This document shows, one piece after another, positions 24,193-33,042 of a DNA stretch of 33,042 nucleotides (its first letter is position 1; each line of letters begins with the position of its first letter). Source of the stretch: an uncultured bacterium (GTDB lineage: Bacteria; Patescibacteriota; Minisyncoccia; Phycocordibacterales; CAIZLB01); NCBI GenBank assembly GCA_903952785.1, contig CAJBHC010000079.1, positions 1 to 33,042 on the forward strand, in the 5' to 3' direction. Below the pieces are notes generated by a model. The model was not told the origin of the DNA, did not search any database, and saw nothing but the letters and a program-made list of their open reading frames with translations. The translations under genes and the position numbers were made by a program.

Positions 24193-25074
24193 TTAAAGTA
24201 TATCAATAGATGACAATTTTTTCCACTCTTCAAATGTCAATGTTTCTGCCCTAGCGTCCTGTCTTATTTCACACAAGCTTAATATCTTATCAGGTTCAGT
24301 AAATATTCCCTCTTCTTTTAAATTTCCTTTTAACAACTTTCTTTTGTGAGCAAACCCAGCGTGTAATATATCAAAAAATATTTTCTCTTTTGCTTCGCTG
24401 TCGTCAAAGTTCTTCTTAGATATTTTATCAATCAATAATATTGCGGAGTCTACTTTTGGCGATGGAACAAACGCCCCTTTTGGAACCCTATCAATAATTC
24501 TTGGTGTGCCAATTGCTTTAACTGCAATTGATAAAATACTTTCTCTTTTATCTCTTGAAACAATTCTCTCCGCTACCTCTTTTTGGACTAGCACAACCGC
24601 TTTTTCTGGAAATAAATTTCCTCCAATAATATTTCTTATAATAGCTCCTGTAATATAATACGGAATGTTTGCAATCAAACTATAGCCACCCTTCTTAAAC
24701 CCAAGGGATTTTAAATCAACTTTTAAAATATCGCTGTGTAATATTTCAATTTTTCCAGAGTTAATTTCCTGAGCAAACTTTTCTTGAAGTATCGGAATTA
24801 GTCTATCGTCCATTTCTATTAGAATAATTTTCTTAGCAGGAGTCTTGGCAAGTTTTTCAGTAAGTGAGCCCATTCCAGGGCCAATTTCAAGGACTATTTT
24901 GTTATTTAAATCCCCAGCACCCTCAATAATTTGGTTCAGAGCCTTTTGTGATTTTAAAAAGTTTTGCCCAAGAGATTTTTTTGCAAACACAGAGTCTTTT
25001 TCTCTGACACCTCCGTCCGTGTCCTTTATAAATTCCTCAGAATTTTTTCTGTCTTTTAAATTGTTTTTTCTCAT
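24193..25074 (-). CDS. rsmA: 16S rRNA (adenine1518/1519-N6)-dimethyltransferase
   Basis: LGQNFL, VLEIGPGMGSLTEKL (SAM site), ANIPYYITG. I prefer the ATG at 25074 (MRKNNLK) because it removes the 59-nt overlap with pcrA created by the track start at 25152. Confidence 0.93.
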   Translation of the reverse strand: MRKNNLKDRKNSEEFIKDTDGGVREKDSVFAKKSLGQNFLKSQKALNQIIEGAGDLNNKIVLEIGPGMGSLTEKLAKTPAKKIILIEMDDRLIPILQEKFAQEINSGKIEILHSDILKVDLKSLGFKKGGYSLIANIPYYITGAIIRNIIGGNLFPEKAVVLVQKEVAERIVSRDKRESILSIAVKAIGTPRIIDRVPKGAFVPSPKVDSAILLIDKISKKNFDDSEAKEKIFFDILHAGFAHKRKLLKGNLKEEGIFTEPDKILSLCEIRQDARAETLTFEEWKKLSSIDIL

Positions 25075-25093
25075 TTTATTTATCTTTATATAT

Positions 25094-27127
25094 TTAAAAA
25101 TCAATAAATATTGATTTGATTCCACTAACAACCTCTTCCTCGTCTCTGTCAATTAGCTCGTCGCTAATATCTGCAATAAATTCTGATGGTAAATTAATTT
25201 GTTTGCTTCCAAAAATAGTTCTCATGTTAGCGTAAGATAAATATAATTTCTTGCGGGCACGCGTTATTGCAACATAAAACAATCTTCTTTCTTCTTCGCT
25301 ATCTTCTCCTGATTTTGATTCATTCGAGCGTCCACTCGGAAATAAATCTTGTTCAAGTCCTGTTATAAAAACATAATCAAATTCCAGTCCTTTTGATGCA
25401 TGAACTGTCATAAGTTTAACACCCTCTCCATTGTTCTTTGCTGTTTTTTCATTCAATGAATCTTGATCGCTCGCCAGTACCGCATCCTCAATTAATTTTT
25501 CAATTCCCTCTTGCCCTGGTAAATCATCAAATCTAGTTGCGAGTGTAACCAACTCGCGGACGTTCCCAACCCTATCTTCTTCCTTGTCATTTTCTGCCTT
25601 AAGCGCAGATTCAATTCCAGTTTTTTCTATAATATATTTGATGGCTGTTGAGGGTCTTTGTGTCTCTATTTGATTTTTAATATCAGCAAGGAGTTTGTAA
25701 AATGCATCAACCTTTATTTTTGTTCCAGACGGCAAATCTCCCGTTTGCCTCGCCATAATCTTAAGTAGTGTAACTTTCCCAATTCCTCTAACTGGCGTGT
25801 TGATAATTCTTTTAATATCCGCTAAAGATTCAGGGTTGAGGGCGGCTCTAGCATAAGAAATAACATCTTTAACTTCCCGTCTTTCAAAAAAGCGAGTTCC
25901 CAAAAGCTGGTATTGTATACCCTTTCGCAAAAAAGCCTCTTCAAGGGCGCGAGACTGTGAGTTTGTCCTGTATAAGACAGCTATGCTTTCAGGTTTGATG
26001 TCTGTATCACCCTTTCCATTACCCTCCTTAATTAAGTCCCGTGCTGTATTTGCAACATGATTTGCCTCATCATTTTCATCATATGCATTATAAAGAGTAA
26101 TTAATTCCCCATCCTCATTGTTTGTAAATAGGTTTTTTTCCTTTCTAAAGATATTTTTTTTAATTATTTCATTGGCCGCTGAAAGTATTGTTTTTGTTGA
26201 TCTATAGTTTTCCTCAAGTAAAATTACTTTAGCCTCTGGATAATCTTCCTCAAACTTCATAATGTTCTTTATGTTAGCCCCACGCCAACTATAAATTGCC
26301 TGATCTATGTCTCCGACAACAGCAATGTTGTGTTCTGGTCCAACCAGTAGGCGTGCTAATTCATATTGTATGCCGTTCGTGTCTTGATACTCATCAATGT
26401 GTATATATTTGAATCTGTTTTGATATTGTGCCCTAATCTCAGGTTTACTTTTTAGCAGTACTGCGGTTTTGTAAAGAAGATCATCAAAATCTAGTGCTTT
26501 TTCATTAAATAAAGCTTCCGCATATTTCCTCCATACCGCTACAACTATGGCTCCAAAGTGATCCTCCCCATTCACGGCCTCATATTCTCCAAGTGAAGAA
26601 AAATTACTCTTTTCCCTTGAAATTATGGACATTATTTTATTTGGCTCTACTAATTTAATATCATACCCCAGTGAATTTATAGCTTCTTTTATTGCTTGTT
26701 TTGAATCACTCTTGTCATAAATTGTAAAATGTCTAGGGATTCCAATTGCTAGACCTGATTCTTTTAAAATATTTACACAAAGTGAGTGAAACGTTGAAAG
26801 AAATGGTTTTGAGAAATTATGAATTGGTAAATTCATTTCCCTACTATCTTTCAATAGATGTTCAACTCTCTCTCTCATCTCCTTTGCTGCTTTGTTTGTA
26901 AAGGTAATTGCCAGGATTGACTCAGGGGCCACACCATTTTCTATCAGATTTAAAATTCTGTGTGTAACGGTCTTGGTCTTTCCCGCCCCCGCCCCAGCAA
27001 GAATAAGCAAGGGACCATTTAGTGTTAAAACGGCTTCCTTTTGCTTTGAATTTAGCCCAGAAAGTGCCTTTGATTTAGGTTGTGATTCGGCCTTTGGTTG
27101 GCCGATAGAATTTTCTTGTGCGTGCAT
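25094..27127 (-). CDS. pcrA: UvrD/PcrA-family ATP-dependent DNA helicase
   Basis: LILAGAGAGKTKTVTHRI (motif I), ILAITFTNKAA, IHIDEYQDTN, VGDIDQAIYSWRGA, LEENYRS, VHASKGLEFD, RLFYVAITRA. Start is either the ATG at 27127 (preferred, see the promoter box) or the GTG at 27160. Confidence 0.93.
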   Translation of the reverse strand: MHAQENSIGQPKAESQPKSKALSGLNSKQKEAVLTLNGPLLILAGAGAGKTKTVTHRILNLIENGVAPESILAITFTNKAAKEMRERVEHLLKDSREMNLPIHNFSKPFLSTFHSLCVNILKESGLAIGIPRHFTIYDKSDSKQAIKEAINSLGYDIKLVEPNKIMSIISREKSNFSSLGEYEAVNGEDHFGAIVVAVWRKYAEALFNEKALDFDDLLYKTAVLLKSKPEIRAQYQNRFKYIHIDEYQDTNGIQYELARLLVGPEHNIAVVGDIDQAIYSWRGANIKNIMKFEEDYPEAKVILLEENYRSTKTILSAANEIIKKNIFRKEKNLFTNNEDGELITLYNAYDENDEANHVANTARDLIKEGNGKGDTDIKPESIAVLYRTNSQSRALEEAFLRKGIQYQLLGTRFFERREVKDVISYARAALNPESLADIKRIINTPVRGIGKVTLLKIMARQTGDLPSGTKIKVDAFYKLLADIKNQIETQRPSTAIKYIIEKTGIESALKAENDKEEDRVGNVRELVTLATRFDDLPGQEGIEKLIEDAVLASDQDSLNEKTAKNNGEGVKLMTVHASKGLEFDYVFITGLEQDLFPSGRSNESKSGEDSEEERRLFYVAITRARKKLYLSYANMRTIFGSKQINLPSEFIADISDELIDRDEEEVVSGIKSIFIDF

Positions 27128-27134
27128 ATTTTTT

Positions 27135-27143
27135 AGTATATCA
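27135..27143 (-). promoter_or_regulatory. Extended -10 box TGATATACT, 7 nt upstream of the ATG at 27127
   Basis: Minus-strand cgTGATATACTaaaaaatATG. Same geometry as at 13670-13678. Confidence 0.4.
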
Positions 27144-27465
27144 CGATTGTTGTTAGGCACCGAAAAATGCTAAAAAGTCGCCGATTTGACCTATTTTTAC
27201 TACTGTGTTGGCCTTAATAATTTCTTAATAACTTTGTTGACTTTAGTACAAATAATCTCTACCATATATATTATACAGTTTATTCGGATGGGTATAAGCT
27301 TGTTTTAAGCCATATCCTCTAAAGAAAGTCCTATCAAATTAACTCAAAGTTATTTTAATAACCCCTCAAGACCTCGGTCCTAAAGACAGATTTACAGAAA
27401 TTCCGCATTTAAAACAAGGACGAGCGACAAATCAGGCCACAAAGATAATAACAGTCCTAACTGTT

Positions 27466-28518
27466 TTGGCCATAATTATATACCCATTTTATGTAAAAGC
27501 GGGTGTTTTAGATGTCTTTGGTTGGGTGAAATCTGGCTTTAGTTCAGCCTCTGCCGTTCACTCTGTTGCTCAAAATAAAGTTCTTTCTGCGAGTACTGTT
27601 GCTGTTGCTGAAGAAATACTTTCATCCCCTGAGCGAACAATTATTAATATGCCACTGTCAGAATCCGTGAACAGTCCAGAACCAAAAGAAAATCCAATGG
27701 CCTCAAATCAGGCTCTGGTTGATGGTTCAGCGTTTACAAACGAAAACAACGCGTTGGACGGTTCTTTTGATGACAACAACGAGAACTCCTCTGATCAGAT
27801 TAGTTTGTATACAGTTAGAAAAGGAGACACGGTTCCTTTGATTGCAAAAATGTTTGGAGTAACATCAAATACTATTTATTGGGCAAATGATTTAAAGTTC
27901 GGATCTCCAATAAAACCAGATCAAGTAATTGTTATTTTACCGATCACGGGTATTAAATATACTGTTAAAAAAGGCGACCATATAAATGATTTGGCAAAAA
28001 AGTTTAAGGCGGACGCTAATGAAATTGTTAGTTTTAACGATATTGATACAAATGAAGGCTTGACTGTCGGTCAAGAGATAATAATTCCAAACGCTGATCC
28101 TGAACCGACGGTTTCTAAATCATCAACTGTCGCAAAATCAAAAAACTCCTTAAAAAATATCGCAAAAAGCATTACTGGATATTTTAAGCGACCCGTTGCT
28201 GGAGGAAGAAAGTCGCAGGGAATTCATGGGCACAATGGAATAGATATTGCAGCCCCACTTGGGACGCCAATTTTTGCTGCTGCTAATGGTGTTGTCTTGA
28301 TTAGCAAGGGTTCTGGTTGGAATGGTGGGTATGGAGAGATGATTGTTATTAAGCATGCTAATGGAACACAGACCTTGTATGGGCACTTGAGTGCAACACT
28401 GGTTAGCGCTGGCGAGCGTGTTACCAAAGGGCAGCAAATTGGTAAGATGGGAAGTACGGGGCGTTCAACAGGGGTGCATCTGCACTTTGAAGTTCGTGGA
28501 GGTAAAAATCCGTTCTAA
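27466..28518 (+). CDS. LysM-LysM-M23 family peptidoglycan metalloendopeptidase
   Basis: Two LysM repeats (YTVRKGDTVPLIAKMFGV, YTVKKGDHINDLAKKFKA). M23 motifs HNGIDIAAPLGTPI (HxxxD) and GVHLHFEV (HxH). The TTG start at 27466 is the first canonical start, but it bisects a predicted TM helix (see findings). Confidence 0.9.
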   Translation: MAIIIYPFYVKAGVLDVFGWVKSGFSSASAVHSVAQNKVLSASTVAVAEEILSSPERTIINMPLSESVNSPEPKENPMASNQALVDGSAFTNENNALDGSFDDNNENSSDQISLYTVRKGDTVPLIAKMFGVTSNTIYWANDLKFGSPIKPDQVIVILPITGIKYTVKKGDHINDLAKKFKADANEIVSFNDIDTNEGLTVGQEIIIPNADPEPTVSKSSTVAKSKNSLKNIAKSITGYFKRPVAGGRKSQGIHGHNGIDIAAPLGTPIFAAANGVVLISKGSGWNGGYGEMIVIKHANGTQTLYGHLSATLVSAGERVTKGQQIGKMGSTGRSTGVHLHFEVRGGKNPF

Positions 28519-28531
28519 TTCTGGCCCTGGT

Positions 28532-30175
28532 CTACACAAGTAAATTGTTCTTATAAGACAAGGCTTCCATGATATGTTTGTTTTCTATGTTGACCCTTAC
28601 TTCAATTATCTTTTCTGTTGGGACATCCATAATTTTGCTGTTACTTTGAATGTTTTCAATTAGGCATATTGTTTCAGAAATCTCTTTAATGTGTTTTATA
28701 GCCCTCATTGAGAAAAGCCTTTTTTCTGATTCTTTGTGTAGTAGTTCTAAAACTAAATTGTCCCATATAAAATCAGAGCATGACTTTATATCATTAAATT
28801 TTCTTATAATTTCATACATTTCCATACCACCCATTGGTTTTAGGTCTGGTTTGGTACTGGAATTATTCACAAAACATCTCTTTTCATAAGGTAGAACTAT
28901 TGAGATGTGAAATCTCTCCAAAAATGGCTCTGAAATCTTTTGTTTATAGAGATTTATTTTACTGCCGATACAAGCACACTCTTTCTGTGGTACCCCTCTT
29001 TTTCCACAGGGGCACAAATTCATCGCACCAATACAGATGGTTTCACACGGCAATGTAATTGTCTCATTAGATCTATTTATTTGAATAGTTTTTTCCTCTA
29101 GAGGTTGTCTTAGTGCTTCTAATATGTTTTTATTGAATTCAGGAAGTTCATCTAGAAAAAGTATTCCCTTGTGGGCCTTTGTTATTTCTCCAGCCGTGAT
29201 TGGTGTTCCACCACCCACAATCGCTGAATAACTGCTTGTGTGGTGTGGGGCTCTAAAGGGTCTTTCCATTCGTCCGTGAATAGAAAGTATTTCCAGATAT
29301 TCACTTGGGTGTGGTTCTGGAAGAAGTTGGTGTGCACTTTTTGCTAACATTGTTTTTCCAATACCAGGCGGACCAGACATAACCATGTTGTACTTTCCAC
29401 ATATTGATATAAGTATGGCCCTTTTGGCTTTTTCTTGACCAATTATTTTGTCTATTTCAAAATATGTCTTAATAGGTCTTGTGCATTGATTGATATGTTC
29501 ATTCTCAATATTATAATTATCATCCATATTACAACTGTCATCTCTGATAATATTATTGCTCACTGCAATGTTTGGTTTTTGCGGTATAAACTCTTTTTGA
29601 TCACTGTTTAAAAAAACAGTTAAATCTCTCAGGCTTTTAATGCCGTGAATTCTTATGTTGGGGGGACAAATTTGTTTTATTAAATTAACATGGTCATCTT
29701 TAAAGTTACTGTATAAATTAACAACATTTTCAGTATTGTCGTTCATAATGATGTGACCGGCTACACTGGCTGTGTCTTTTAAAATACAATTAACAACTGA
29801 AGCTAAAGAATCATTTGGCTTTATTGATCCATCTAAGCCAAGTTCGCCAATGAAGATTGAGGTTTCTAGTGTTTGCTGTTTAATCACCCCTGTTGCCGAA
29901 AGGTACGCTAGGGCGATTGGTAAATCAAGTAAGACACCTTCCTTTTTTATCCCCGCGGGCACAAGTGAAACTGTTATCTTGTGATTTTTGGTTTTAGGAG
30001 AACTGAATCCACTGTTTTTGATGGCGGACACTATTCGCTCCCTTGATTCTACTATGCATTTATCTGCGAGACCCACAATCAAAAAATTAAAAAGCCCACC
30101 TGATAAATCTAGTTCAACATCTATATTCTGACAAAATATTCCATCTTTAGTAATTCCCTTGCAAGATATATACAA
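28532..30175 (-). CDS. comM: YifB/ComM-family Mg-chelatase-like AAA+ protein
   Basis: Lon-protease-like N-terminal domain (IVGLADKCIVESRERI, LVPAGIKKEG, DLPIALAYL). AAA+ core GPPGIGKTMLA, LFLDELPEF. Cys cluster CPCGKRG...ECAC. TTG start. An Asn/Ile-rich insertion lies between the two domains. Confidence 0.88.
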   Translation of the reverse strand: MYISCKGITKDGIFCQNIDVELDLSGGLFNFLIVGLADKCIVESRERIVSAIKNSGFSSPKTKNHKITVSLVPAGIKKEGVLLDLPIALAYLSATGVIKQQTLETSIFIGELGLDGSIKPNDSLASVVNCILKDTASVAGHIIMNDNTENVVNLYSNFKDDHVNLIKQICPPNIRIHGIKSLRDLTVFLNSDQKEFIPQKPNIAVSNNIIRDDSCNMDDNYNIENEHINQCTRPIKTYFEIDKIIGQEKAKRAILISICGKYNMVMSGPPGIGKTMLAKSAHQLLPEPHPSEYLEILSIHGRMERPFRAPHHTSSYSAIVGGGTPITAGEITKAHKGILFLDELPEFNKNILEALRQPLEEKTIQINRSNETITLPCETICIGAMNLCPCGKRGVPQKECACIGSKINLYKQKISEPFLERFHISIVLPYEKRCFVNNSSTKPDLKPMGGMEMYEIIRKFNDIKSCSDFIWDNLVLELLHKESEKRLFSMRAIKHIKEISETICLIENIQSNSKIMDVPTEKIIEVRVNIENKHIMEALSYKNNLLV

Positions 30176-30249
30176 TTTATTTATTAGACCAAGTCAAAAA
30201 TACCGATCGATAATTCGAAAAAAGAATATTGTTTAAAACAATGGCGTGA

Positions 30250-30600
30250 TTAGTTCATATGCAACTCACATGTTCTAGCGTCGGGTTTTGCATTCAGTCT
30301 GCCTTCTTCTATTTCAGCCTGGCAGACTTCACATAAACCATACGTATTTGCGTCTATTTTATCTAGGGCGTTTTTGATATCAACTATTTCTTTTTCTAAA
30401 GTAGATGTAATTGAAAAATTTGATTCATAATTTTCCATAGACTCAGCAACATCCTCCCTCTCTGTGGTGGTGCCGTCTTCTGTTTGTTTTGCTTCCCATG
30501 TTAAATCACTTTCTTTTTCTGCTACCTCAAGTATTTCCGCTTCAAGTCTTTTTAATTCTGCTTCTAAAATGTTTTTGTGTCTTTGTATATCTATGTTCAT
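30250..30600 (-). CDS. DksA/TraR-type C4 zinc-finger protein
   Basis: Coiled-coil N-terminus, then YGLCEVCQAEIEEGRLNAKPDARTCELH (CxxC...CxxH). I prefer the ATG at 30600 (MNIDIQRHK, 116 aa); the track start at 30660 adds a hydrophobic artefact. Confidence 0.8.
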   Translation of the reverse strand: MNIDIQRHKNILEAELKRLEAEILEVAEKESDLTWEAKQTEDGTTTEREDVAESMENYESNFSITSTLEKEIVDIKNALDKIDANTYGLCEVCQAEIEEGRLNAKPDARTCELHMN

Positions 30601-30696
30601 GTAAACAGTGTAACAGATTAATACCAAAGTTTCTATAAAGAAATTATAAAGAATTACCAAAGATTAAATGAGGTTACGCTGGGTATGATGGGTATA

Positions 30697-31890
30697 CTAT
30701 CTTGTGATCTTTCCTGAAGTAAGCCTGTAAATTATTTCCTTAAGAGTCTGCTCGCTTGTGGCTATAATAATAATGTCTTTGTTAAAAAACGTGTAAAAGA
30801 ATGCAATTTCACCGTTTGGTCTATATAGAACCCGCGCGTCATTGTTGGAAATAACCCTATCAACAAATTCTGTGTCATATTCAGATAGTACTATGTCTTT
30901 TTTTGTAGAAGGTTCTTGTGTTAATGTTGTTTTGGGGGTAGATGACGTTGCTACCGAAGAGGTTGATGATGTCGCTGAAAATAAAATTGTTATTGCCGAA
31001 GTCGTTGACTGCTCTGTTGGTATTGATTTAATATCTTTTTTATAGATTAAATCACCTAAGTCTGCATACATGCTCGTCTCCCAATCAAGCATTCCAGCGA
31101 AAGTTGAATCGTAGTTGGATGATTTTAATATGATAAATGGCTCATTAGATTCATGTGAATAATATCCAAAAACATATTCATCTTTTAGATTTCTTACTAA
31201 AATATCCGGCGCACTTGGTGCAACAATATTTAAAAACTCCGACGATAATATTGATACCGAGCTTGTCGAGTTATATACGAATATCAGAGATTTTATTTTT
31301 CCAGGTGAAATATTGGAGGAAGATTCTTGTGATATTTCTCTAAACAATAACGATCTGTTTTTACCTTCCATAGTCATTGGAACACTTATTTCTGAGTACA
31401 AGATATTACCTGTAATCTGCTGACTTGGATTTCTTTGAAGTGCAATTTGCTCCGGTGTTTTTGCTGATTTGAATCCTATGTATGAAAAAACACCAATTAT
31501 CAGTATGCAAACTATGAATATTGTTATTTTAATAAGAATATTTTTACTTTCTTTGCCAACATCTACAGTGTTGTCTGTCGTTTGGTGTTTTTTTCTACTA
31601 TTAGCCTCCATTATTTTACCAATAGAAAAACCACCCTTAGACGCCGCATTCGCCATGTCATCTTTGAAAGTATGAACAGAGCTGGTTCTATGGTCATTGT
31701 TTATGTCTGTTTTACCAGGCTGTAAAACATCTGATAGGTGCACTAACGGTCTCGCCGCTGGTTGGTCTATAGAGGAATTGTTTTGTTGAGTGTTGCTAAA
31801 ATTTTCACTCGTAGATGCCCCTGTGTTTTCGTTCAGGTTTCTGTCTGCATTAGGATATAGACGTCTTGGTTTTTGTTCTATTGGATCCAT
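30697..31890 (-). CDS. Single-pass membrane protein, unknown function
   Basis: 397 aa. Hydrophilic N-terminus, TM ILIKITIFIVCILIIGVFSYIGF, extracytoplasmic domain with an S/T-rich patch. No family recognised. Confidence 0.7.
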   Translation of the reverse strand: MDPIEQKPRRLYPNADRNLNENTGASTSENFSNTQQNNSSIDQPAARPLVHLSDVLQPGKTDINNDHRTSSVHTFKDDMANAASKGGFSIGKIMEANSRKKHQTTDNTVDVGKESKNILIKITIFIVCILIIGVFSYIGFKSAKTPEQIALQRNPSQQITGNILYSEISVPMTMEGKNRSLLFREISQESSSNISPGKIKSLIFVYNSTSSVSILSSEFLNIVAPSAPDILVRNLKDEYVFGYYSHESNEPFIILKSSNYDSTFAGMLDWETSMYADLGDLIYKKDIKSIPTEQSTTSAITILFSATSSTSSVATSSTPKTTLTQEPSTKKDIVLSEYDTEFVDRVISNNDARVLYRPNGEIAFFYTFFNKDIIIIATSEQTLKEIIYRLTSGKITR

Positions 31891-31898
31891 TGATAGTA

Positions 31899-32609
31899 TT
31901 ATATATCAAATTTGGAATCAGGTCTCGCCTCCTCGTCGAAAAAGTCAAATTCTTGTTTATTTCCCTGTTTGCTTCCTGTTGGTTTATTTGCTCCTCCGAT
32001 TCTTGGGGTGGTTTTTGGATGTCTTTTTGTTGTCTTTGAAGAGCTCAGTTGATTCCTGTCGCTATTTTGTAGTCCTTGATTGTTTTGATTACCTTGATTA
32101 CCTTGGGTCATTATATATTTAGATGGAGTGTCGCACATATCTATAAAGTCATCTGCAACTTCTCTAAGTTTTTGCGAAGAAGATTTTCCAAAAGATATTA
32201 CCTCCACCTGACAACCTTCATTTGTCTGAAGATATTCTACAAGTGGTATAAAGTCACCATCGCCAGACGCAATGATTACTGTGTCTAATTTTGGCGCTAA
32301 TTTAATAGCATCAACAGCAAGACCAACGTCCCAGTCCCCTTTTTTAGCTCCGCCACTAAATATTTGTAAATTTTTTGTTTTTGTTTCTATGCCCAATTTT
32401 CCTAAGGCATCAAAAAAGTTTGTTTCATCCCCACTTTCTGTTGTTATTACATATGCAATAGCTCTAATTAAAGATCGGCCCGCTACAACCTCCTTCATTA
32501 TGGCACCAAAGTTTACTCTGGCGTGATATAGGTTTTTTGCACTATGATAAAGGTTTTGTGTATCAATAAAAACTCCAACACGTTGTTGTTTGTGTTTAAT
32601 TACTGTCAT
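31899..32609 (-). CDS. NYN-domain (LabA/DUF88-like) protein with Gln/Asn-rich basic tail
   Basis: RVGVFIDTQNLYHSAKNLY and VIIASGDGDFIPLVEYLQ are NYN/LabA signatures. The C-terminal tail reads QGNQGNQNNQGLQN followed by K/R-rich sequence. Confidence 0.8.
   Translation of the reverse strand: MTVIKHKQQRVGVFIDTQNLYHSAKNLYHARVNFGAIMKEVVAGRSLIRAIAYVITTESGDETNFFDALGKLGIETKTKNLQIFSGGAKKGDWDVGLAVDAIKLAPKLDTVIIASGDGDFIPLVEYLQTNEGCQVEVISFGKSSSQKLREVADDFIDMCDTPSKYIMTQGNQGNQNNQGLQNSDRNQLSSSKTTKRHPKTTPRIGGANKPTGSKQGNKQEFDFFDEEARPDSKFDI
32074..32109. repeat. Four imperfect 9-nt tandem units inside the NYN gene tail
   Basis: CCTTGATTG TTTTGATTA CCTTGATTA CCTTGGGTC, encoding the QGNQGNQNNQG stretch on the minus strand. 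Confidence 0.7.
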
Positions 32610-32759
32610 GTTTTGAATTAAGTTTAAAATGAACCACTAATATGGTTTAAGTCTGTTTATTAAAATACCATGTGTTAACTAGATTTCCTTGCAAAAAGCA
32701 TCAATTTTTTTGAGATTTGTCCATCTATAAAAACAGTTTCTAGAATTTAAAAAAGTTAT

Positions 32760-33035
32760 TTAGGTTGATTTCTTCTTGAGATCAAGCTTTTTTACCACAA
32801 CATCATATCTCGCAACGTTTTTCTTTAATAAATATTTCAAAAGAGTTTGCCTGTCTGCAACCATTTGCAAAAGACCTCTTCTTGAGTGATTGTCTTTTGC
32901 GTGAGTTTTAAGGTGTTTTGTAAGCTCAACTATTCTTGTACTTAAAATGGCAATCTGTGCTTCCGCACTACCTGTGTCTGTAGGGTGAATTTGAACATCC
33001 TTTATAATTTTTTGCTTCTTTGTCTTGGTTAACAT
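32760..33035 (-). CDS. rpsO: 30S ribosomal protein S15
   Basis: TDTGSAEAQIAILSTRI, LTKHLKTHAKDNHSRRGLLQMV; 91 aa. Confidence 0.95.
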   Translation of the reverse strand: MLTKTKKQKIIKDVQIHPTDTGSAEAQIAILSTRIVELTKHLKTHAKDNHSRRGLLQMVADRQTLLKYLLKKNVARYDVVVKKLDLKKKST

Positions 33036-33042
33036 GGTGTGG

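Noticed and set aside
25075-25152. Longer rsmA start overlapping pcrA by 59 nt
   Set aside because: The added residues have no counterpart in KsgA proteins. The ATG at 25074 removes the overlap.
29480-29640. Asn/Ile-rich insertion in ComM as a possible intein or mobile insertion
   Set aside because: It is far too short for an intein and has no splicing-junction motifs. It looks like a low-complexity linker typical of AT-rich genomes.
30601-30660. Longer start for the DksA/TraR-type gene
   Set aside because: It adds a 20-residue hydrophobic peptide to an otherwise soluble coiled-coil/zinc-finger protein. The internal ATG at 30600 is more plausible.
1-33042. tRNA, rRNA, CRISPR arrays, transposases, integrases, reverse transcriptases
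   Set aside because: Reading both strands, I found no T-loop GGTTCRANTCC-type motifs in cloverleaf context, no regularly spaced direct repeats, and no ORF with recognisable DDE, tyrosine/serine recombinase or RT motifs. A computational scan (tRNAscan-SE, minced, ISEScan) would be needed to be certain.

Overview
AT-rich, gene-dense bacterial chromosomal window. It uses the standard genetic code (TGA is used as a stop). By inference the content looks like a small-genome Patescibacteria/CPR-type organism. Positions 1-51 are an Illumina adapter, so the left edge is an assembly artefact. Left third: a truncated GspE/PilB ATPase, then a ~560-nt non-coding gap holding a large inverted-repeat/structured element of unknown class. 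After that come ruvB-ruvC, a hyper-acidic small ORF with its own terminator, and a class A PBP. The replication-origin neighbourhood follows: a DUF721/DciA-like ORF, dnaN, a DnaA-box-bearing spacer and dnaA on the minus strand, then divergently rpmH (44 aa, absent from the ORF track), rnpA and yidC. Middle (10.3-24.2 kb): twelve co-directional minus-strand ORFs, mostly signal-anchored unknowns, built around a Gram-positive-type (MPF-FATA-like) type IV secretion core. That core comprises a VirB4 ATPase whose N-terminal domain appears to be a separate ORF, a PrgI/VirB3-like protein, and a VirB6/ConG-like polytopic protein whose frame is broken exactly at a G8 homopolymer. It also includes a TrbC/VirB2-like pilin of the type common in CPR genomes. 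No relaxase, coupling protein, integrase or tRNA flank is present. Right third: rsmA/ksgA, pcrA/uvrD, a LysM-M23 peptidase, comM/yifB, a DksA/TraR-type zinc-finger protein, a membrane unknown, a NYN/LabA-like protein and rpsO. I recognised no tRNA, rRNA, CRISPR array or transposase. Many genes carry a -10-like box (often TGnTAnnnT) only 6-13 nt upstream of the ATG and no Shine-Dalgarno sequence, which suggests leaderless or near-leaderless expression.
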